Positions 41,201 to 52,524 are shown, numbered from the whole stretch's first letter. The stretch: DNA of 63,159 bases, filler included, from 9 parts of 9 records of this genome joined end to end with filler, not necessarily neighbours in it; one strand, 5' to 3'. Translations and numbers: made by a program. Notes: a model not told the origin generated them from the sequence alone.

Positions 41201-42299
41201 TTGCTTAGGACCGGAACTGGAGACATAAGAGTGTAAGCCGGTCCGACATAATTTCCGTTGCCGGAACCGGCCCCTCCTAAAGGAACGGACGAGGAGTTCA
41301 CAATGGAATCATCATCTACCAAGTTCAAACCCAGAGTACCGGCAGCAGAGGTTCCGGTGTTCGCCGTCACCGTCCATGTAGTACCACTTCCGCTGACATC
41401 AGAGATACTGGAACCCGTTACACCACCGGTTTCAACGAGGATAAAATCTGAGGCATCTACGTCTGAAACCGACTCACTAAAAGTTACAGTCCATTCAACA
41501 GCCATATTCTGAGTTGTCGGATCGGGGCTTGCGATGTCTATTGAATTGACAACGGGAGGAACCTCATAAGTCAGGAGGATCTGACCAGCCCCCCATTTCC
41601 ACCGCTTTGATTCGTGTTGCCGATAGCGTTTCCACCACCACCCCCACCGCCGGCAGCATTTCCAGAATAACCGCCAGCATTATTAGTCGTCTGCCCTTGA
41701 GCTCCCGAACCACCGCCTACGGATGTTCCTATCCCTGCAGCTGAACCGCTGGCATCGCCTCCAGGTCCCGTGCTACCCGCACCGCCGCCACCAGCTCCTC
41801 CGTAACTTCTTGAGACTCCATTGGCACCATCGCCACCAGGATGGACGACATCTCCAAATCCACCGCTGATAGAGCCATTTCCGCCTGCTCCCCCACTACG
41901 ATTCCTCGATGGACCAACCCCTCCTTCACCTCCCTTGGCAACAACAATTGTAGATTCAAATGTAGAGTCACCACCGTCGGGTCCATTTCCTACTCGACCC
42001 GTACCACCAGCACCTACAGTTAAAGAATAATTGCTCCCCGGCACAACATTGACAACGCTCCGTACATATTGTCCCCCCGCACCGCCGCCACCGCTAGCCT
42101 GTCGACCGCTCGGGCCACCACCGGCACCACCCCCGCCCCAGACCTCAATAGTCACGGAAGTTACACCACTTGGAGCGGTCCACGTGTAGCTACCAGGTGC
42201 TGTGTAAGAAACTGTGTCAGCATATAAGCTATCAGAAGCAATAAAAAAGCAGACAAAAAACAACAACGCCAGACATTTCGATGAAGATTTAAACATCAT
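38201..42299 (-). CDS. mshQ: MshQ-like pilus adhesin (Gly-rich, DUF11-like, LamG, DUF6701-like), split by two frameshifts near 41570 and 38830
   Basis: Last gene of the msh cluster; C-terminal FGIYK...LIYMRE; LamG WTHVAIT...IDEVKLY. Confidence 0.8.
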
Positions 42300-42693
42300 G
42301 GGAACCCTACTTTCATTTGTGCTCTACGTGAGACATAAGAAGCAGACCCATAGCTGCCGAACTCCGCCTTGGCTTGAATGCTATAAATGTCGTATGGCCC
42401 AATCGGCCCTCTCTGAACTGATCACTGGTACAAGTCACTTCGACAGTGAAGTTCTCAACCGTCAACGTATCGCTGCAGGGATTTCCAGCCGCCGCCCGTG
42501 CCGCCCCCCATTCGAGTCCACTACGAGCTGCTTGATAAGCCCTTGCCCCCTGCAAGGCAAACACACTGGTCGAGCTTTGCACTCCGATCAGGCGCATCAT
42601 CGTCACGCCCAGCAAAGCCAGAACAACCAGAATGAACACCGCCTGCACCAAGGTAAAACCGGCGTTATCTTTAAGTCGATCGAACATTCTCAT
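42296..42693 (-). CDS. mshP: MSHA biogenesis protein MshP (frameshift near 42400)
   Basis: GARAYQAARSGLEWG; alternative frame supplies YVSRR C-terminus. Confidence 0.8.
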
Positions 42694-43456
42694 GGAGCAT
42701 TCACCACATGAACTTGATGTAACAGAGTGATTGTCTCACCTGCTTCCGACAAAGAAATCTCCAACGTCACCAAACCTGCGCGCTGACTGGCTCCAGGATC
42801 ATAATTGAATTTACAATCACTGACGTTGCGAGCAACCAGAACTCCATTCCGCGTCAGAAGGCTACCATCCCAATTGTAAACAACAGTGGAATCATTCCGT
42901 TCAAGAATATAAAAACGTTGCTGCGGAGAAGCTTGAGGAAATTGCCAGGGGGCAACCAGGGTCACGATATATGGCGCCGTTGACGAGATGGTGGAAATTC
43001 CTGCCGATTGCCAACTGAAGACGGAGACGTGTTATACACCACCATATCCAGAGCCGTCCCAGCAGTCAGCCTTTCTAAAGTCCCACTATTTGGTGCTCCC
43101 AGCATTTCAAAGCTAGCATCCGTCGTATTGAATTTAAGTGTATCGTTAAAACCGGGGCCAGGATACCTTCGGTAACGCCCTCCATCGATTGAAACTTCCA
43201 GAATCAATGAAGATGAGTCAACAACAGCAGGAATGCTGTTCGGGAGGGCATGACGAATATCGCGTTGCATGCGCCGCAGAGCTATTTCCGCCTGATCAAC
43301 AAGTCTTATCCGCCGGGAAAGATCAACATATCCTGTGACGGGAGCCGCAATAAACTGTCCGCCAAGAGCTGCAAGAATGCCAACAATCACAATCACCACA
43401 ACCATTTCGATCAAGGTAAAGCCTAACTGTGATTTGACCTGAGAAACTCGCATCAT
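42690..43456 (-). CDS. mshO: MSHA minor pilin MshO (frameshifted near 42970-43010)
   Basis: GFTLIEMV, ALRRMQRDIRHALPNS, C-terminal QVHVVNAP. Confidence 0.8.
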
Positions 43457-43463
43457 AAATGCC

Positions 43464-43922
43464 TCAATAATTTGACCTGAACGCTGACAGGACAAAGCTC
43501 TCTCCTGCAGGATCAGTGACCGTGACATCTATTTTCAAGCCTACGACTTCTTCCCCAGTAGGACCGTAATTCTGAGATAAAACACTCACATTGACGGAGT
43601 AATTTTCCAATCCGCTTATCGCATTCCCATTTTGGTCATGTGCACCGCTGTCGGAAAGACCGTCATAATCATCAATATCATCATAAAGGGCACGGCTCCC
43701 TTCCCCGTCAGCATCAGGATCGGAATAACTCTTCAGAGTGATTTCTTCCATATAGGCTTCAGCGATAGCAATCGCTTGATGTTGTAGAACCGGATCAGCG
43801 GAGTGCAGTGTTGTATAGTTGATCACCATCAAGACACCTGACACGGCAACAGAGACCACAACCATTGCCACAATCAACTCAATCAGGGTCATCCCCTTTT
43901 GATCACGAATAAAACAGGTCAT
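43464..43922 (-). CDS. mshD: MSHA minor pilin MshD
   Basis: GMTLIEL, SADP, YMEEI, DDIDDYDG, RSNY. Confidence 0.88.
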   Translation of the reverse strand: MTCFIRDQKGMTLIELIVAMVVVSVAVSGVLMVINYTTLHSADPVLQHQAIAIAEAYMEEITLKSYSDPDADGEGSRALYDDIDDYDGLSDSGAHDQNGNAISGLENYSVNVSVLSQNYGPTGEEVVGLKIDVTVTDPAGESFVLSAFRSNY

Positions 43923-44350
43923 GGCGCATCCACCGCCCCGGTCTCAGCAATCACATTGAAAGACAGGGAACCAACCATGACAACCGCGGAATTGGAAGAA
44001 CGTCCCATGGCATCAAAGATAAAACTACTTGGAGACGACGACAGAAAAACATCGGTGAATGTATTTGAGGAAACAGGGTGGCCGTTGATCGGGGTGAAAG
44101 AACCGGTCGCACAACCTGTTGCATGTTGTTCCAAGGAATAAGCGTTGCCCGACAGGTCGACCTGAACATCACACCCGCTGGCTACCGCTAGTTTCTGCGC
44201 GTAGCGGACCGCCCCGGCGACTTCATCATAGGCTGCCCGTTCCTGGTAGTCGCTAACGTTAAAGAATTTAGGGAGGGCAAAGGCCACAAGAATTCCCAGA
44301 AGAAGGATGATCACAACCAATTCAACCACTGTGAACCCTTTGGACAGCAT
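43919..44350 (-). CDS. mshC: MSHA minor pilin MshC
   Basis: GFTVVELV, RYAQKLA, FDAMGR, ETG; position in cluster. Confidence 0.82.
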   Translation of the reverse strand: MLSKGFTVVELVVIILLLGILVAFALPKFFNVSDYQERAAYDEVAGAVRYAQKLAVASGCDVQVDLSGNAYSLEQHATGCATGSFTPINGHPVSSNTFTDVFLSSSPSSFIFDAMGRSSNSAVVMVGSLSFNVIAETGAVDAP

Positions 44351-44370
44351 GGTAGTCGCCTTTAAAGACA

Positions 44371-44395
44371 AAGCGGAGTCAAAATGACTCCGCTT
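44371..44395. terminator. Stem-loop downstream of mshA
   Basis: AAGCGGAGTCA-AAA-TGACTCCGCTT. Confidence 0.7.
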
Positions 44396-44423
44396 CTTTT
44401 GATGTTCAGATGATACCGTAAAA

Positions 44424-44888
44424 CTAATAAGTATATGTCGTGCCGGTAACAACACTGGAAACAGCAGCAGGAGCTGTAGACGTTGCCGCTCTATAGCCAA
44501 AACTGTAGATGTTTGCCCCCGCAGTTTCACCATCCCTGGTAATCGCCGCCCCCCCGGTGATAGCTGTCAAATCATAGTCGTTTCCTAAATTTGCCGCAGC
44601 TCCGATACCAGCAGCATCAGCGGTCGGATAACCATAATCCATTGTGATCGCGACTCCATCCATAGTGACGCTTGTACCGGTCGCACTCTGATCATCACCT
44701 TCAACTAAAGACTTGGCATGGGCGAGAGCCATTGCTGATGCAACAGCGCCTCTGGCACCTTGAACTGAAGACTCCTTGGCATCCTCTTGGATATCAATGA
44801 ACTTCGGAACAGCCACAGCCGCCAGGATTCCCAAAATAACAATAACAACAACCAGTTCAATTAAAGTAAAACCATTTTGATTTTTCAT
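44424..44888 (-). CDS. mshA: MSHA major pilin MshA-like
   Basis: [25 protein letters not shown]...GYP. Confidence 0.88.
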   Translation of the reverse strand: MKNQNGFTLIELVVVIVILGILAAVAVPKFIDIQEDAKESSVQGARGAVASAMALAHAKSLVEGDDQSATGTSVTMDGVAITMDYGYPTADAAGIGAAANLGNDYDLTAITGGAAITRDGETAGANIYSFGYRAATSTAPAAVSSVVTGTTYTY

Positions 44889-44944
44889 TCTTTCAGACTC
44901 CTTTATTAGTTTGCGTATGGATTGTCAAAAAATAACTTTTATTT

Positions 44945-45493
44945 TCATCCCCACGGCCTGAGCCAGCGGTACGGCTCCAATGCCTGTAAGGTTAAACCGG
45001 AAATATATTCTGTCTTTCTATCTCCCTTGCCCCTATCGGAATAAATCGCTTGAATCTTAAAGCGTGCTCGCGCCGGTTCCAAAAGCGATGATTCAAAATA
45101 GAGCTGATTTCTCACTAAATAGATTAAGACTCCCTCTTTGGCGTCATAAAACCAACTTCCTTTTTCAATTGTTCCAAGCTGGTGGTAAGCAATCGCTCCT
45201 AAATAATTACTCGGTTTCTCTGCTAGCAAGTCCATCGGGTTACTGCCAGCAAGGTGTATAAGTCCAGCCATGTCACCAGCAACAAAATGTCCTGCTACCT
45301 GCATGCTGATCGCGCTACGCATAACACCGAGATCATGTTCCATCGACGTTCGTTCCACATCGACCAGCAGCTTGTAATAACGGTTTAATGCAACAACACC
45401 CAGACCACTAATAATGGTGATAACAACAACCAGTTCTAAAAATGTGAACCCGCGCTGTAAAAAACATTTTCTCTCGCCAAAATTAACAATCAC
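44945..45493 (-). CDS. MshF-like prepilin-type protein
   Basis: GFTFLEL; NPMDLL...NYLG...GSWFYD; located between mshG and mshA. Confidence 0.65.
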   Translation of the reverse strand: MIVNFGERKCFLQRGFTFLELVVVITIISGLGVVALNRYYKLLVDVERTSMEHDLGVMRSAISMQVAGHFVAGDMAGLIHLAGSNPMDLLAEKPSNYLGAIAYHQLGTIEKGSWFYDAKEGVLIYLVRNQLYFESSLLEPARARFKIQAIYSDRGKGDRKTEYISGLTLQALEPYRWLRPWG

Positions 45494-45556
45494 TTATAAA
45501 GTATTCCCCATTTTTATTCATTAATCAAGTATTGCAGCGTATTTTTTTAGATTTTT

Positions 45557-46505
45557 TTATCTAGCAATGCCAGCCAGGTTCCACATCGGCAAAAACACAC
45601 CCAAAGCCAGCACCAGAACCATCGCCCCGATAACAACAATCATAATCGGTTCAATGGCACTGGATAGGTTTTTCAAGTCATAATCAACTTCGCGCTCATA
45701 GAACTCGGCGACGTCCTCAAGCATGGTATCAACCGATCCGGATTCCTCTCCCACAGCAAGCATCTGCAACACCAGGGGGGTAAACATTCCCGTTTGAGTC
45801 GCGCTGCGTGTCAAGGTATCTCCCCGTTCAATCCCGTTACGTATCGATTCTATCTTTTGACCAACGTAACTGTTATTAACCGCCCGAGCGGTAAATCCTA
45901 AAGCTTGTGACAACGGAATCCCAGCAGTATAGCTCATGTTAAAGCCACGTGAAAAACGCACCAACGTTGAGCGCAGAATAATATCCCCCACCAATGGGAT
46001 TTTGAGTTTGTAGCGATCCCACACGTAACGACCCTGATCCGTTTTCAGCGCTTGACGAATCGCTAAAACCAGCAGGATCAAGAGGCCGAAAAGAACATAC
46101 CAGTAGTTCTGCATGAATGATGAAACCGCCATCAGAATTCGCGTCGGCAATGGCAGGTCCGCGCCTGCTGCTGAAAAAACTTTTTCGAAGGCCGGAATAA
46201 CAAACAGGCTGATGACCAGAATGGCAATCGCAATTGCGATCAGCACAAAAGTCGGGTAGCGCAACGCTGACTTAACCCTGTTGATCGTCTCCTTTTCACG
46301 CTCAAAATAAACTGCCAGCTGCATGAATACTTCATCGAGCTTTCCAGTGACCTCACCGACCTGGACCATCCGGCACAACAACGGTGGAAACACCCCTGTG
46401 TGACGGCTGAAAGCACCCGACAACTCCATCCCGGACTCGAGGTCTTCGACAACTTTTGCCAGAGCTTCACCAAGAGTTGGATTCCTCGACGTCTCAACCA
46501 ACCCC
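45557..46505 (-). CDS. mshG: MshG/PilC/GspF inner-membrane platform protein, 5' truncated
   Basis: GEVTGKLD, ALRYP, GEESG, IEPIMIV. Confidence 0.88.
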
Positions 46506-46605
46506 NNNNNNNNNNNNNNNNNNNNNNNNNNNNNNNNNNNNNNNNNNNNTTAATTAATTAANNNNNNNNNNNNNNNNNNNNNNNNNNNNNNNNNNNNNNN
46601 NNNNN

Positions 46606-46979
46606 GATCAGGGCCAACGCCTGATCAAAAGGGATTTTTTCCAGCCGCCCTTCTCCTTGAGCAACGGTTCGTGAATACGATCCGGATGATAGAGCCCCTG
46701 CAGGGCCGCATGGCCACGGGCACAGAGCTTCCCCTGGTTGATCGGGTGCAGCGGGTTGCCCTCCAGCTTCACCACACGTCCTTCGCGGTTCTTGGCCAAA
46801 ACGCCGCAGCCGGATGGGCACTCGCGACAGGTGGAGGCGTACCATGCGGCTTCTCCGGTCACCATATCTTCAGGAGCCCGCACCAGTGAGAACAAATTTC
46901 TTTCAGGGTGGGAATTGCAACCGGCGGCAAAGGCCACACTGCCCATTCCGGTCCATTTTAGAAAAGCTCTTCGGTCCAT
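46606..46979 (-). CDS. Tat-exported molybdopterin-oxidoreductase-family subunit (ActB/QrcB-like), 3' truncated
   Basis: MDRRAFLK; STCRECPSGCG...EGNPLHP.N.GKLCARG. Confidence 0.8.
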
Positions 46980-47169
46980 GCACCGTGCCCGTCGGTTTGC
47001 CGCGTACCTGCGGCGTGGTTATCAGCCCCTACCGCCTATATGCTATACATACAATCTGTATCAGGCGCAGTAGTAGGTGCAATATGGTTTAATGGTGTAT
47101 TTTGTAGAAGCGATCTGGAACTGTAACTATAGAATTTGATAACAGAAACTGTGCCGGATTGTCAATCGG

Positions 47170-48015
47170 TTATAACGCCAAGCCTGCTTGTCGCATCAAT
47201 GGTAGGAGATGTTCGAGGCTCTCCCGGCCCGCCTCTTCGGGCCGATCCACATAGGGATAAAGCTCAAGGCTGATATCGCGAGCATAGCCAAGGGAATGCA
47301 TCGCCTTGAATACCGACGGAAAATCGATAGCGCCCAATCCTGCAATCAGATGGTTGTGACTGCGGTTGGCGGCAATATCTTCGATATGCATATGCCCCAC
47401 CCACTCAAACAACTCTTCAAGTGCACCAGCCGGATCTTCTCCGGCACAGAAGAAGTGGCCGATGTCAAAATTGATGCCCACCGCATCGCAGCTGATCTCA
47501 CGGACAAACGGTTTGATCTCCGATGCACGTTCCATGAGCAGGTCGGGTTCGGGCTCTATCAGTAGCTGTACGCCCAGCTCTTCAGCCCTGGGAATTACGA
47601 TGTCCAAGCCCTTATGAAACAGGGCCAGCGCCTCCTTGCGGCTCATCCCTTTGACAAGAGGACCTCCCGGAGGAACAGAGATGTTGGCGCATCCGACGGC
47701 CACTGCAATATCGAGACAGGCCAATGTGTGGTCCACCCGAATTTGGCGACGCTCTGCCTCAGGCTCGATCCAGGAAGGGAGATAGGTGTCTCCCACTGCA
47801 AAGAGCGTAAAGCTGTTCAAGTTGGTCGGTTTCAATTGGCTGGACTCAAGGCGGTCCTTTACCTCCTCCAACTTAGCGGCACCATACTCAGGCGGATAGA
47901 GATGAGGCTGGTCGCACATGATCTCCACACCCTTGAAACCAAGATCGGCAATTTTATCCAAAGCGTCCAGCAGCGAATAGTTCACAAAGGCATTGGTACT
48001 GTAACCGAAGACCAT
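47170..48015 (-). CDS. Sugar phosphate isomerase/epimerase (xylose-isomerase-like TIM barrel)
   Basis: IEPEP, FDIGH, HMHIED, H...G.GAIDF, LELY. Confidence 0.88.
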   Translation of the reverse strand: MVFGYSTNAFVNYSLLDALDKIADLGFKGVEIMCDQPHLYPPEYGAAKLEEVKDRLESSQLKPTNLNSFTLFAVGDTYLPSWIEPEAERRQIRVDHTLACLDIAVAVGCANISVPPGGPLVKGMSRKEALALFHKGLDIVIPRAEELGVQLLIEPEPDLLMERASEIKPFVREISCDAVGINFDIGHFFCAGEDPAGALEELFEWVGHMHIEDIAANRSHNHLIAGLGAIDFPSVFKAMHSLGYARDISLELYPYVDRPEEAGRESLEHLLPLMRQAGLAL

Positions 48016-48076
48016 CTTTTATCTCATCCTTTCCAGCATAAATATCGTCGCAAGCGGTCACCCTGCCGCAGGTGCA

Positions 48077-49261
48077 TCAATCCTGAGGGCCAATAATTTT
48101 CTCAGCGATCCTCTGCTCCAGTCGGTCCAGGGCCGATAGCTGCTCCTGAAACGTGAGCGGTGGGCTGTCGCCCACCGCCTTCTTAAAGTAAAATCCCAAT
48201 TCGGGACATGTACCGCCGATATGGGCAATTCGCAAAGCCGCGGCCCAGCGCGCCAGATCGATCACCATGGGAGCGGCCAATATGCTGTCACGCCCCTGCA
48301 AATTGAGGCGCAGGCTCATGGGCAGCCCGAATATACCTTTAAAATCGATCACATCCCACGCCTCTTTGGCATCTCCCCGCGGTGGGTAGTAATCAATGTG
48401 AACTTTGTGGCTGGATTCGCCATACGCTTCACCGACGCCATATCCGAGAATCTCGTCCAGCAGGTTGGTTTTGTTCTGCAACTTGCCACATGCGCGATCC
48501 GGATCCATCAAATTTTTGCCATCGGCATTGCCCAGGATATTCAAGCTGTACCAACCATCCACATTCAGCGAACGCGCTTTGAGGGCAGAGGCCAGCACGA
48601 CTTTTAGATAGGTTTGACCGGTTTTGCCATCCCTTCCCGCCACCGGTATGTCCCTGAGTTCAGCCTCTCTGCAGACGAGCGGTAATTCGATGGTATTGGG
48701 TGTAAAATTGACGATGGGGATACCCTCCGACAATGCGGCCAAAGCATAACCCAAATCGGGAGTCGCGGGCGAATCCAACCGGGACAGATCTTCAAGGGAT
48801 TCCAGTCGGTGGGCCTGCCCGAAATCGCAAGCAGCCGGCAGTAAATTGACCAGCACGGGCATTGCCCCTGGATGCAGACTCAAAAAGTCGCTCATATCTT
48901 TCCGTATCGCTTCCACCTGTGCCGCTAAAGTGACATTCTGGCTCGGCGCCGGCTTCACCTCAAAACGATCAAACGCCTCAACCCGGGATTGCCAATGCGC
49001 CTCCGGCACAACGCCATGGTGGCGAACCGCCTCTATCAGAGGAACCGGATTACTGTCCCAACCTGCCATATCGATGGTTTCAGGCACACCGAAACCGCCA
49101 AAGCGGGCAGTGGTGGTCAGTCCGGTCAATACAGATTCTGGATCCCGGACCATTTCGACGAGCGCCAGGGCCACCGTGGTACCGATGGCGCCCTTGGCAC
49201 CTGCCACCATCAGCAAAAGCTTAGAGCGTGAATTCGGGTCTGGTTGTATCATTGTATACAT
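48077..49261 (-). CDS. myo-Inositol-1-phosphate synthase family protein
   Basis: GRDGKTGQT, NILGNADG, GDAKEAWD, DSILAAP..DL, FKK. Confidence 0.9.
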   Translation of the reverse strand: MYTMIQPDPNSRSKLLLMVAGAKGAIGTTVALALVEMVRDPESVLTGLTTTARFGGFGVPETIDMAGWDSNPVPLIEAVRHHGVVPEAHWQSRVEAFDRFEVKPAPSQNVTLAAQVEAIRKDMSDFLSLHPGAMPVLVNLLPAACDFGQAHRLESLEDLSRLDSPATPDLGYALAALSEGIPIVNFTPNTIELPLVCREAELRDIPVAGRDGKTGQTYLKVVLASALKARSLNVDGWYSLNILGNADGKNLMDPDRACGKLQNKTNLLDEILGYGVGEAYGESSHKVHIDYYPPRGDAKEAWDVIDFKGIFGLPMSLRLNLQGRDSILAAPMVIDLARWAAALRIAHIGGTCPELGFYFKKAVGDSPPLTFQEQLSALDRLEQRIAEKIIGPQD

Positions 49262-49375
49262 TTCCGTCTTAAACAGGTCAGGTTGTGGAAATCCTTACAT
49301 CCCGACAGGGGCTCGTTACGGTAGAAAGGATCCGCTCTCGACATACAGGAAAATTTACAATCAGCTTTTCTACTG

Positions 49376-49912
49376 CTACTCAGCCTCGCCGATGACGAAC
49401 CCTTTGGTGGTTCCTCCGGTTGAAGAGGAAGTTCCCGCGATGCGAGCCAGATAGGCAGCACCGAGCTTCTCGATATGATCGCCGATGCTGTCGAAATAGT
49501 TGAAGTGCTCCTGCTCTTCATCGATGACGGCCTCAAAGAGCTTCATGCTCGTGCTGTCTCCGTTTTCACGGCAAGCCAGAAGGAATTCATTATAGACATC
49601 GATGGTGTTATCTTCCAGGCCGGCGTCAAACGGATAGATCGCTTCTACCTTTTGCCCCTTCTTGGTCTTAGCGGCAGGATCGGTTACCGGTTCACCGCCC
49701 AGCTCCTTGATCCGCTCGGCAAACATCTCGGCGTGACGCATTTCGTCAATGGCGATAAGTTTGATATTGGCTGCCAGTTCCCCGTAATCCATATCATCCA
49801 GGTTGTAGTGCTGGTTCATGTACTGGCTGATGGCGTGCAGTTCCATGGCCCTGGCTTTGTTCAAAACGTCGATAACTTTGGCCTTCCGACTATTTTTGGT
49901 GGATTTTGGCAT
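49376..49912 (-). CDS. bfr: Bacterioferritin
   Basis: ELHAISQY, DEMRHAE, DEEQEH ferroxidase ligands. Confidence 0.88.
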   Translation of the reverse strand: MPKSTKNSRKAKVIDVLNKARAMELHAISQYMNQHYNLDDMDYGELAANIKLIAIDEMRHAEMFAERIKELGGEPVTDPAAKTKKGQKVEAIYPFDAGLEDNTIDVYNEFLLACRENGDSTSMKLFEAVIDEEQEHFNYFDSIGDHIEKLGAAYLARIAGTSSSTGGTTKGFVIGEAE

Positions 49913-50029
49913 GGCGAATATCCTCCTCGCTATTTAATGATGTTAATAATGGCGCTGCTTTCACTGATACAGCGTCGATCCTCGCCAGTATAAATCAAAC
50001 CCATTGGGCAGCATAATGGGGACAAAGGC

Positions 50030-50536
50030 TCACATGTCTCTTTTCAGGTTGCCGTCAGGATCGAACTTAAGATCATTGACGTCGATATTCTTGGCCGCTG
50101 CCTCAAGCTCTTCCCATGCAATTTCTGGCAACGAGAGACGATCAGGCCGCAAGCTTTTGGCATCCCTCAAATAGACATGGATGATCTCTTTACTGCTTTT
50201 TGGGGTATTCCAATGAACCAACACGCGTATGCAGCGGGCAAGCCCGTTGGGAACTTGCATCTCATGGCCGCACAGCAGAGCCGCATCGTACCATCCCAAT
50301 TGGCGGGCCGCCAAGGCCGGATAGGTGGCCGTCAGATCGACCGTCGTGGTAAAATAGACACTGGCAATGTCCTCCGGGTCAATCTCGTTGGCGTGGATCA
50401 TGATAAACAGCATCTCACGCGTCGCTTCAAGAATGGCCTCGCTTGTATTCTCAGTTACTGTGGTGGCGCCGCGGATACCGCGGCAGCGGATGGGTTGCCC
50501 TTCGCCCGGTTCGCGCTGGATCATACCGGCCATCAA
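50030..50536 (-). CDS. aroH: AroH-type chorismate mutase
   Basis: RGIRGATT, YPALAAR, CIRVLVH, HVYL..A.SLRPD. Confidence 0.92.
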   Translation of the reverse strand: MMAGMIQREPGEGQPIRCRGIRGATTVTENTSEAILEATREMLFIMIHANEIDPEDIASVYFTTTVDLTATYPALAARQLGWYDAALLCGHEMQVPNGLARCIRVLVHWNTPKSSKEIIHVYLRDAKSLRPDRLSLPEIAWEELEAAAKNIDVNDLKFDPDGNLKRDM

Positions 50537-50671
50537 ATTTGTCTCCGTTTATAAACGCTCGATTATCAGATCATGACCTATTGCAACAAAACCTTTGGGT
50601 TCATATCACATATGACGGCAGCGAATAAAGCCCATCTATTTTCAGCTCTGTCTCCGCATTGGGCATCAAAT

Positions 50672-51376
50672 TCAAAGGTGCATCGCATGACGCTGCCCAT
50701 CAATCTCGATGGTGGTCTTTGAATAGGTCAATTTGTGCAGGATTTTACCCTCTTCAAAATGCATCACATCCACGCCTCTGCGCCGCTCCAGTTTGCCTTC
50801 GAAGCCCTTTTCACGACACGGCCATTCAAGCAGCCACCTGAAGAGCACTTTCTGATCTGCTTCATCGATAAAGAGATCTTCATCGATAAATCGGAAACCA
50901 CCGCCGGCAAACCACGGCTGCCAAGCTTTGCGCAGCGCCTCCTTGCCCTTCGCCCTTCCGCCGGTCCAGTTGTCGAACACGACATCTTCATGCATCAGCG
51001 ACAGAACACCTTCCAGATCGAAACGTTCCCAAGCCAGGTTCCACTGCTCGATGGCGCTGCGGATCTCTTCTCTTGAAAGCGTCATGGCTCTCTCCTTTCG
51101 CATCAGGGATAGAATGTGGTTGATAAATGCCTTGGCATCATCGGGGGAGGTGATCACCCAAACCGGCATCTGTTCGAACGGTGACAGACCGGCACAAGCG
51201 GTAGGACAACCCTGAACAGCCAGGACAAGATCAATCCCTCCACTATCCGGTCTCACAAAAAGCGCAGCTGCACCAAGTTGTGCCTTGATACTTTCTACCA
51301 GTTCGACCCGATCAAAATCAGGTTTACATCCGCCGCAATACTTCAACCCGATGACCACGGGGACAATATCACTCAT
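50672..51376 (-). CDS. CGGC-motif small domain in frame with a SnoaL/NTF2-like domain (internal start at 51085)
   Basis: KYCGGC...GCPTAC, then RBS AAGGAG and MTLSRE...FDLEGVLSLMHEDVVF...GVDVMHF. Confidence 0.7.
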   Translation of the reverse strand: MSDIVPVVIGLKYCGGCKPDFDRVELVESIKAQLGAAALFVRPDSGGIDLVLAVQGCPTACAGLSPFEQMPVWVITSPDDAKAFINHILSLMRKERAMTLSREEIRSAIEQWNLAWERFDLEGVLSLMHEDVVFDNWTGGRAKGKEALRKAWQPWFAGGGFRFIDEDLFIDEADQKVLFRWLLEWPCREKGFEGKLERRRGVDVMHFEEGKILHKLTYSKTTIEIDGQRHAMHL

Positions 51377-52524
51377 CTTCAATGCCGGAGAGCTTTTTGG
51401 CCGCCTTTTTCTTCTCGGCCAGATTGGCCAACCTCGAGATCATGATGCGCTGGGCCTGGGGAGACCCGGCGCCGTGCATCGATTCGGTCAGGTACCCCAC
51501 CGCCGCCGTTCCCAGGGTCAGATTCTCGATCAGACGCAGAATCCGCATACGGTTCATGGTCGGCACGTTGCAGTCGCCGGCATAGTACTTCTCCAGCCAC
51601 TTCCCGGTCGTAGGAGATGCGAAATCGTCTTCGGCCGGCATAGTGACCATCAGACCGCCGGCAAGATCCTGGGCCAGGCGGGCAATCTCATAGGGAAACC
51701 GGGTCACGTTCTGCTTGTGGACGTTGGCCAGCAGCTTGTCGACCACATAGGTGCCGCTCGGCTCCTTATGGCCTTCACTGGCGCATGAAATGCAGCCACA
51801 GTAGAGGGTCTCATTGAGGTGGTTCATCTCGATGATCTTGTCTTTGACGTGAGAAGCCCGTTCCGCCCCGTTGTATTCGGCAGCCGTCTGGGCCGCTCCG
51901 ATCAGCACGTCACCGACCCCCACCTTGCAGGCGTAGCTCTGGCGGTGATAGGAGGCGAAGTTCTCCACCAGGCTCCCGGCAAACTCATACTCTTTGTACA
52001 TGAAGATGCGGTCCCATGGCACAAAGACGTTGTCGAAAACCACCAGTGCCTCGTGCCCGCCGAAGAACGGATTGCCGCGGTCCAGCTTTCCGGCTTCGAG
52101 TTTGCGTGTGTCGCACGACTGGCGCCCCATAATATAGATGGCACCTTCGGCATCGCTGGGCAACGCAAATGATACCGCATAGTCCTTGTCCTCTTCACGC
52201 ATGGCGATGGTAGGCATGACAATGATCTCGTGGGAGTTGACCGCGCCAGTCTGATGGGCCTTTGCACCGCGCACCAAGATCCCGTCATCGCGCTCTTCGA
52301 CCACGTGAAGAAAAAGGTCCGGATCGGCCTGCTTGTGGGGCGGCAGTCCGCGATTACCTTTGGGGTCAGTCATGGCCCCATCGCAGGTGAGGTCATTCTC
52401 CTGCACAAACGTAAGATATTCGATGAACCGCTTGTTATATTGGGTGCCGTGCGCCTTGTCGATGTCGTAGGTTACGATGGAGAGGGCATTCAATGCATCC
52501 ATACCCACACAGCGCTGGAAACAG
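51369..52524 (-). CDS. abfD: 4-hydroxybutyryl-CoA dehydratase family protein, 5' truncated
   Basis: CFQRCVGMDA at the contig end, GAMTDPKG, GAKAHQTG, TESMHGAGSPQAQR. Confidence 0.88.

Noticed and set aside
26681-43010. Frameshifts in the 26017 gene, prsW, plsC, fetA and mshO/P/Q as phase variation or pseudogenes
   Set aside because: Many sit at homopolymer runs across unrelated contigs, which is typical of homopolymer sequencing error. Raw reads are needed to decide.
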